Source of the DNA: a virus | Taxonomy: Duplodnaviria; Caudoviricetes | Length of the DNA: 64,000 nucleotides | IMG/VR virus record: IMGVR_UViG_2930369814_000001 | Coordinates: 22,768 to 86,767 of that record | Reading direction: 5' to 3' (one strand) | Part shown: positions 57,803 through 64,000 of the stretch, one piece after another | Layout of the letters: each line of letters starts with the position of its first letter | Numbering within the stretch: position 1 is the stretch's first letter | Notes under the pieces: generated by a model | Told to the model about the DNA's origin: nothing | Seen by the model: the letters and a program-made list of their open reading frames with translations, nothing else | Database searches by the model: none | Made by a program: the position numbers and the translations under genes

Positions 57803-58930
57803 CTACTTGAGGCGGACGGGCATGCACACGGCCCGGTACTGGTCGGTGGTGGCGCCGTCGTTGTCGACGGGCTGGATGAGCACCGGCTTGTTGGGGGTGG
57901 TGAACCAGATCTGCACGGCGCCGGTGATGGGGGCGAGGAGGGAGCCGAGGAACCCGGGCCGGTAGCCGGCCGTGAACCCGTCCAGGTCGACGGTTTCGGC
58001 GTCGATGCGGGAGGCGCCCTTGGAGCCCTCCGCGCCGCCCGCCACGGTGACCTGGTCGCGGCCGAAGGTGAGGGTGATCGCCTGCTCGGGCTTGTCGTTG
58101 ACGAGTGCGGCCCGCTGCACGGCTTCCAGCAGTTCGGCGGCGTCGCCGCGCATCCAGCCAACGGCTTTGCCCGGGTCGGGGAAGAAGCCTTCAATGTTCG
58201 GGAAGGGGGCGGCGACGGTACGGCTGGCGACGGTCAGCGTGTCGCTGGCCAAGCCCGCCACGGTGATGTCGTTGGTGAAGGAGACCCGCACCGGTCCGCC
58301 AGTCAGCTGCTTGACAGTGGCGGCCAGGTGGGCGGCGGGCACCAGCAGTTCGCCGCCGCTGTCGCCGTCGGGGGTCCACGGGACGCGGTGCCGGACGATC
58401 CGGTACCGGTCCGACGCGGACACGGTGAGGTGATCGCCGTCGGCGGCGACGTGCACTCCCCGGAAGCCTTCGAGGTTGCCGACGGCCTCCTTCTCCGGCA
58501 TGGCCGCGGATGCGGCGTGCACCACCGCGGCGGCCAGCTTGTCCCCGTCCACGGTGCCCGCGGCGGCCGGGGCCTCAGGCAACGCCGGGTAGTCGCGGCG
58601 GCTCATCGTCGGCAGGGTGAAGGTGGTGCCGGGCGCCGACACCGTCAGCTCCCGCTCATCCACCACCACATCGACGGGCCCGGCGGGCATCGCGGCGGTG
58701 ACGTCTGCGAGCAGCCGGCCGGACACGAGCACGTGCCCGGTCTCCAGCACGTCGGCGGCCAACGTGGCGCGGGTGGCGGTCTCGTAGTCGAACCCGGACA
58801 GGGTCACCGAGTCGCCGTCGGTTTCCAGCAGCAGGCCGCCGAGGACGGGTTGCAGCGGGTTGTTGGGGAGCCGGCGGTGCGCGGCACGTGCCGCGCCCGC
58901 CAGCGTCTTCTGGTCGATGCGGATCTTCAT
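57803..58930 (-). CDS. dnaN: DNA polymerase III beta sliding clamp (phage-encoded)
   Basis: PVLGGLLL, SGFDYE, LVSGRLLADV, DYPALP, ASDRYRI, MPVRL. Confidence 0.9.
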   Translation of the reverse strand: MKIRIDQKTLAGAARAAHRRLPNNPLQPVLGGLLLETDGDSVTLSGFDYETATRATLAADVLETGHVLVSGRLLADVTAAMPAGPVDVVVDERELTVSAPGTTFTLPTMSRRDYPALPEAPAAAGTVDGDKLAAAVVHAASAAMPEKEAVGNLEGFRGVHVAADGDHLTVSASDRYRIVRHRVPWTPDGDSGGELLVPAAHLAATVKQLTGGPVRVSFTNDITVAGLASDTLTVASRTVAAPFPNIEGFFPDPGKAVGWMRGDAAELLEAVQRAALVNDKPEQAITLTFGRDQVTVAGGAEGSKGASRIDAETVDLDGFTAGYRPGFLGSLLAPITGAVQIWFTTPNKPVLIQPVDNDGATTDQYRAVCMPVRLK

Positions 58931-59175
58931 CAGGCGGCCTGCGCCGTCTCGACGGCCGACTCGGTCTCGGCGGTGTCGTCAGCGGTGTTACGGGGCTCCG
59001 GCTGGGCGTAGCCCTTGGTCTGCAGGGCGGACAGCGGAAACAGGGTGTCCTGGACCATGGGAGTTCTTCCTTCTGTGGGATGCTGGTTGCGGATCCCCGG
59101 GCGATTGGTGCGCTCGGGGGTTCTTGCTTGGTGCGCCGCCCGGCCGAACCTGTTGTCGGCCGGCGAGGCGGCGGT

Positions 59176-62100
59176 CTAGGCGGGTTCGGCTTCGCCGATC
59201 CACTGGCGGGCGATGTGGCCGCTGTGGCTGCGATAGACAGGACGGCCGTTGTCTCGGTCGACGACCCAGTAGCGATGCTGGGTGCGCAAGGGGCCGGTGT
59301 CTAGGACGTAGTGCTGGCCCTGGTCTCGGTCAGCCCGGCGACGGATGCGGTTGACGTGGATGCATAGCCGTCCGCCGGAGTGGTCGCGGTACCATCCCTT
59401 CAGTCCGTGTGCTGTGGCGTACAGGTTGAGGCGTGCTGCATGCCACGGCCGGTCTTCGGCCGGTGCGTGTTCTTCGGCGGCGGCCAGCAGTGACAGCACG
59501 GCTGCTTCCCGGCATGAGTGCCACTGGCGGATGCCGACACCGGTCGCTTCGCAGGCTGTGGCCTGGGTGGCGAACTTCCGGGCCGTGTGCCGCTTCAGCG
59601 CGGTTTCGTACAAGTCGTAGGCCGCCAGTCGAGGCTCCATGACGTCCGGCCGTACCGGTTCGGGTCCGTCGGGCATGGTCGACAGATCGCCGAGGAGAAG
59701 CCGGGTCGGGGCTGTCGGCTGGCGGGGCAGGGTGAGTGCGGCGCGGGCGTCTGCGAGGAATGCGGTGGCCTCTGGATCTGCGGGGGCGAGCTCCAGCATC
59801 ACGCCACCTCGCTGTCTCGGACGGCCCAGGTGGGCGGGACCCGGCCGGGGTCGGTGGTGGCGAAGGGCGCCTGGTGCAGCGGTACCGGCTTGATGCAGTG
59901 GCGGCGGATCTCGGCGATCGACATCTCCTGCGTCTTGGTGGCCGCCGACTCGGCGAGGGAGACGACGGCGAGTCGGCGTTCGAGGGCAGCGATGGTCTGG
60001 TCACGGAGTTCGACGGCGGCCTCGGCCTGGGCAAGCTCGGTCTCGGCGAGCTCCCGCCGCTGCCGCTCCTGTTCGAGGGCGGCGTTGGTGGTGACGACGT
60101 CGTTCATGAGGATCGCGAAGAAGTCGTCGGCGGCGGCCTGCCGGTTCATGACCTTCGCCATGTCGTGGCGAAGGTCGGAGTTGACGGCCTCCAACTCGGC
60201 GACCTTGTCGACGGCGCGGCGGCTGCCGGTGCCCTTCAGGCGCGGAATCAGGTTCAGGCTCACAGCCCCTCCAGTGCGTTCTTCTCGGCTTTGGCGGCGG
60301 CCAGCTGCTGTTCGAGGCTGGTGATGCGCCGGTTGAGGCGGGCGATGGCGGCGAGCGCCTCGGTGTCGGTGGCCGGCTCCTGGACTGCGGTGGTGAGGCG
60401 CGCGTCGAATGCTGCGTAGTCCTCGTAGAACCCGCCGTCGACGGACGCCTTGAAGTCCGGGTCGACGTCGAGGTGGAGGGCTTTGCGGAGGCCGGGGATG
60501 ATGACGGGGTCGGCGTCGCCGGGCATCGGCGGCAGGTTGAGGGTGGTCATGCCGCGGTCTCCTGGTCGTGGGTGCGGAGCCACTGGCGGCGCTGCTGGTA
60601 GTGGGCGTGGACGCGTTCGATGCGCTCGACGTACTCGGTGGTCGTCCACGGCTTCACGCCGCGGGCTCGGCGGGCCATCTCGTCGTCGATGCGGGCGATG
60701 GCGTCCTGCTCCAGGTCGGCCAGCGGCCGGGGCTCGATTGCGGTCGCCATGTCAGGCCACCTCCCTCTGGGCTTCGATGGCGTCACGCACGACGCGGATG
60801 GGGACTCGGAATCGGCGGGCGACCTTCATGGCGGGGCTGTGGGTCTCACCGTTGCGGTAGTCGTGGCGCCGCTTCTCGCCCTTCCAGGCCAGGTAGATGC
60901 GCCGCTCGCGGGTCTGTGTCATCTCAGGCCACCTCGCGGAGCAGCCGGGCCCGCTGGTTAGCGGCGGCCTGGGCGGTGAGGGTGGCGAGCTTGTCGAGGG
61001 CGTCCTGGCTGGACAGGCTGAGGGCGATCTGGATGCGGTTGCCGAGGTCGAGGAACTGGTGGCCGTCGACCTCGTCCAGCGCGATGGCGTCCGGGTTGCT
61101 GGTGAGGGCGATCGTCTGATTGAGGACGGTCGTCGGCTGGTCCATCACGCCTCCACGGGGTGGGTCGGGCAGGGGGTCGATGTAGCGGGTGTCGAGGCCG
61201 CAGCGGATGCCGTCGACGTGGACGACGGCGAGGCCGTGCTGCACCTGGACGGCGCGGGTGCGGGTGCGGGTGATCCGCGGCGGGTCCTGGCGGGTGTTCG
61301 GGAACACCCGGACCGGAGTCCGCACCGGGTACATGCGGTTGAAGGTGTCGGCGTCCATCAGGCACCGTCCTTGGGCGGCTCGACGCCGTCGTACTCGTGG
61401 CGCCACTGGTTGATGCCGACGACGGCCGGGGTGTGGCCCCAGCTGTCGATGTGCCAGCCCATGGCAAGCCGCTCCCCGGTCTGCGGGTGGGTGGTGACCG
61501 TGACGCACTGGAAGTCGGAGCCATTGCGGTGTGTGTAGGAGTGGCCCGGCTCGAAGAACTTGGCGGGCAGCATCCGCAGGTTGTCCGGGCGGATCGCGCC
61601 CCGGTCAGCCTTCGAGGCGAGCAGCTCGACGGGTGTGTCCTCGCGGGCCTTCTTCGTCAGCCAGGCGACGACGTCCGCCTTGGGCAGGAGGTCGGCCTCG
61701 GCGAGGATCTCGTCGCGATAGGCGTCGAGCGTCGTGTCGAGCATGTTCTCGGGCAGGACCGACGGCGTTCCGGCGTAGGCGTACAGCTTGTCGCGGGCGC
61801 TCATGACGTCACCTCGGATCCCTCGGCTGCCTGGTCAGCGCGCTTCTCCAGGGCTTCGGCCGCGTCCTCCAGGCCGTGCATGTAGCCGTTGAGGTACTCC
61901 CGGGAGTACTCGCCGTCCGACGGGCGACTCTCCATGCCCTCGACGGCCTTCGATGCCTCGGTGAAGACGCTGGAGCGGAAGGCTCGCGGCTGGGTGAACG
62001 GGTCGTCCGCGTGCGGCATCGCCTGGTGGTAGAGCCACTGGGCGCCCAGCGCGTCGGCACCGGGGTCGTCCGAGTCGAAAATGAACGACGACAGCGAACG

Positions 62101-62789
62101 GCCAGCGGCTGCCAAGGCGTTCTCCAGCTCGGCGATACGGGCCGCCTGCCGCTTCTGCACCGTCTCGGCGGTGTGCTGCGGGGTGAAGACCTGGGTGCCG
62201 TACTTGGTGGCGGTGGCGCACGGCCAGCCGGTGACGACGCCCTCTTCCCAGCAGACCGCGCACAGCCACGAGTTCGGCTTGCCCGAGTCGTCGAAGACGG
62301 GGACGTGGAAGCGGGCCGGGAGCTTCGCGTTCTCCTCCAGGGAGAACCCGGCGAGGATCTCGTAGTGCGGGTGGTCCGGGGCCTGGAGGAGCGTGGCGCG
62401 CTGGGCGCAGCCCTCGTGCTCCACCGGCTTCCCGGCCTCGGCCAGGCTGCGGCAGGTGCCGCACGCGGACGGATCGGCTTGGGTGCTGCCCTTGGCGAGG
62501 AAATCGGCGCGGGTCTTGACCCAGAACGGGTCGAGATCGGAGTCGCTCATCGGGCACCGCCGGACAGGTCGTCGATCAGCGAGCGGAGACGGTCGAGCGT
62601 CCAGTCGACGCCCTCGGAGAAGTCCTCGCTGCGGTCGGGGTTGACCGCCTCGATCGTGTCCACGATCGTGCGCAGCTTCTCGGCGAGGAAGGCGTCCAAC
62701 TTCCCCTGCGGGTCGCTGTAGCGGTCGAGCAGGGCCAGCAGGCGGTAATGCGCGCTGCCGGGCGGCGGGGTCTGAGATGATCGAGGCAC
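59176..62789 (-). other. Early hypothetical genes (59176-59802, 59799-60263, 60260-60550, 60547-60750, 60924-61146, 61146-61358, 61358-61804, 61801-62550, 62547-62789)
   Basis: Translationally coupled ORFs, several ending EVA/ETAA over the next RBS. Confidence 0.65.
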
Positions 62790-62873
62790 GTGAAGCCCCT
62801 TTCGTTGCGTGCTCTGGATGGGGTGGATCGGAGGTCGCCTCGTAGCCGCGGGGCGGCCTCTTTGCGTTGCCGG

Positions 62874-63152
62874 TCAGGCGGCGGCGCGGGCGGGCCGGCG
62901 CCGCATGTTGCGGGCAGGGAGCCTGACCAGCCGCGTGGCCTCGTGGTAGGCGTCGAGGTCAGCGCGGGAAACGGTGATCGTCCCGCCCTCTACGGCCTGA
63001 CTGCACGGGAGGAGGCCGGCGCGGATGCGCCGCCGAACGGTGTCGACGCTGACGCCGAGGATCCAGGCGACTTCGCGCAGGTCGAAGAAGGGCGCATTGA
63101 GGTCCCTGGGCTGCGTGGGGGTCCGCTGGGACTGCTTGGTGGGCACGGTCAC
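62874..63152 (-). CDS. Excisionase-like HTH protein
   Basis: FDLREVAWILGVSVDTVRRRIRAGLL. Confidence 0.8.
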   Translation of the reverse strand: MTVPTKQSQRTPTQPRDLNAPFFDLREVAWILGVSVDTVRRRIRAGLLPCSQAVEGGTITVSRADLDAYHEATRLVRLPARNMRRRPARAAA

Positions 63153-63394
63153 TTCCTTTCTGGGGGGTCCTGGGGGGTGCGGAGGAGTTCGTTCTCGTTC
63201 GCGTCCAGGGCGGCTCTGAGCGCCTGGTAGTGGCCAGGTCTCATGCGGGTTCGGACGCCGCGTTCGAGCTTTCGGAGGTAGCTGGCGGTTATGCCTGCTT
63301 CCTCTGCGAGCTGCTGGACTTCCATCCCCGCTTGCATGCGCTTGGTGCAGATAGCCAGCCCGTCCACCTCAAAGGTGGTTGGGGTTTGTGCCAT
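63149..63394 (-). CDS. Cro-like XRE regulator
   Basis: QQLAEEAGITASYLRKLERG; divergent from the repressor. Confidence 0.85.
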   Translation of the reverse strand: MAQTPTTFEVDGLAICTKRMQAGMEVQQLAEEAGITASYLRKLERGVRTRMRPGHYQALRAALDANENELLRTPQDPPERK

Positions 63395-63399
63395 ACCCA

Positions 63400-63535
63400 G
63401 AAGTTAGCCTTAGTTGCCCCGCCTGTCTAGGCGTGAGTGAGCATCAGTTGCCCTTATGTAGGCAACAGGCAGCCCTACATACCCCGTGAGCTGGGAGGAT
63501 TCATGGGTGAGATTGGGCCTAACTGACCCCTAGTC
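63400..63535. promoter_or_regulatory. Lysis/lysogeny switch region
   Basis: AGTTGCCC at 63412 and 63446; inverted GGCAAC at 63461. Confidence 0.55.
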
Positions 63536-63571
63536 CTGGCTGGTCCCCGCCAGTCCTGCCAAGATGGCCCC

Positions 63572-64000
63572 ATGCCAAGCGCCGAGAACCGCGACTACGA
63601 AAGGCTGGCGACCATCGCCAGACGCCGCCGAGCCGAGCTCGGCCTGGCCATGAACGACGCCAACGCCAAAGCGGCAGGCACCTCCAAGGGCACCTGGCAA
63701 CGCGTCGAGAAGGGCCTACACCTCCGGGAGACCAACTACGTCAAGATCGACGGCCTGCTGCAGTGGGCGCCGGGCAGCTGCTTGCGGATTCTTGAGGGCG
63801 GCGAACCGATCCCTGTCGGCGACATCACCGAGGCGCCGGACGTCCAGAAGTCACCCATGCCGCGGGACATCATCGACAAGCAGGCCCTCGATACCGTCCA
63901 ACTGGCTCTGATTGCCACGGCGAAGGGAACACCGGCCGAGGAGATCCGAGCTATGAGCGAGCGAGTGGTACAGGAACTCCGCGAACGGGGTCTGATCTAG
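63572..64000 (+). CDS. CI-like immunity repressor
   Basis: RRRAELGL...AAGTSKGTWQRVEKG...LQWAPGS. Confidence 0.8.
   Translation: MPSAENRDYERLATIARRRRAELGLAMNDANAKAAGTSKGTWQRVEKGLHLRETNYVKIDGLLQWAPGSCLRILEGGEPIPVGDITEAPDVQKSPMPRDIIDKQALDTVQLALIATAKGTPAEEIRAMSERVVQELRERGLI

Overview
The whole window is a high-GC temperate siphovirus/prophage, most likely of Streptomyces. No host genes, integrase or att site are visible. Most genes lie on the minus strand. From right to left: a CI/Cro/Xis-like switch (62.9-64 kb); an early recombination/replication region with a sliding clamp, YqaJ/RecT, HNH, replication initiator, DnaC-like loader, DnaB and a C5 methyltransferase (42-62.8 kb); a plus-strand accessory island with an HTH, XRE-Nudix plus Nudix, and a TA-like pair (38-41.6 kb); a plasmid/AICE-like transfer module with an FtsK/TraB translocase, Spd-like membrane proteins and a Nudix (about 26.2-38.3 kb); small genes and putative late regulators (20-26 kb); a displaced fibre/beta-helix/methyltransferase cluster (16-20 kb); an array of small genes joined by a conserved GGAGCCCGCGCC-ATG junction (13.8-16 kb); then HNH, a putative packaging region, terminases, portal, capsid, a glycosyltransferase and tail genes, ending in the start of the tape measure. 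The most notable signals are the conjugation-like module inside the phage, gene-boundary repeats flanking single small genes, TTA codons near the start of three adjacent island genes, a 15-bp AT-rich inverted repeat and a GATC array upstream of terS. All product calls come from motif recognition and synteny, not database searches.
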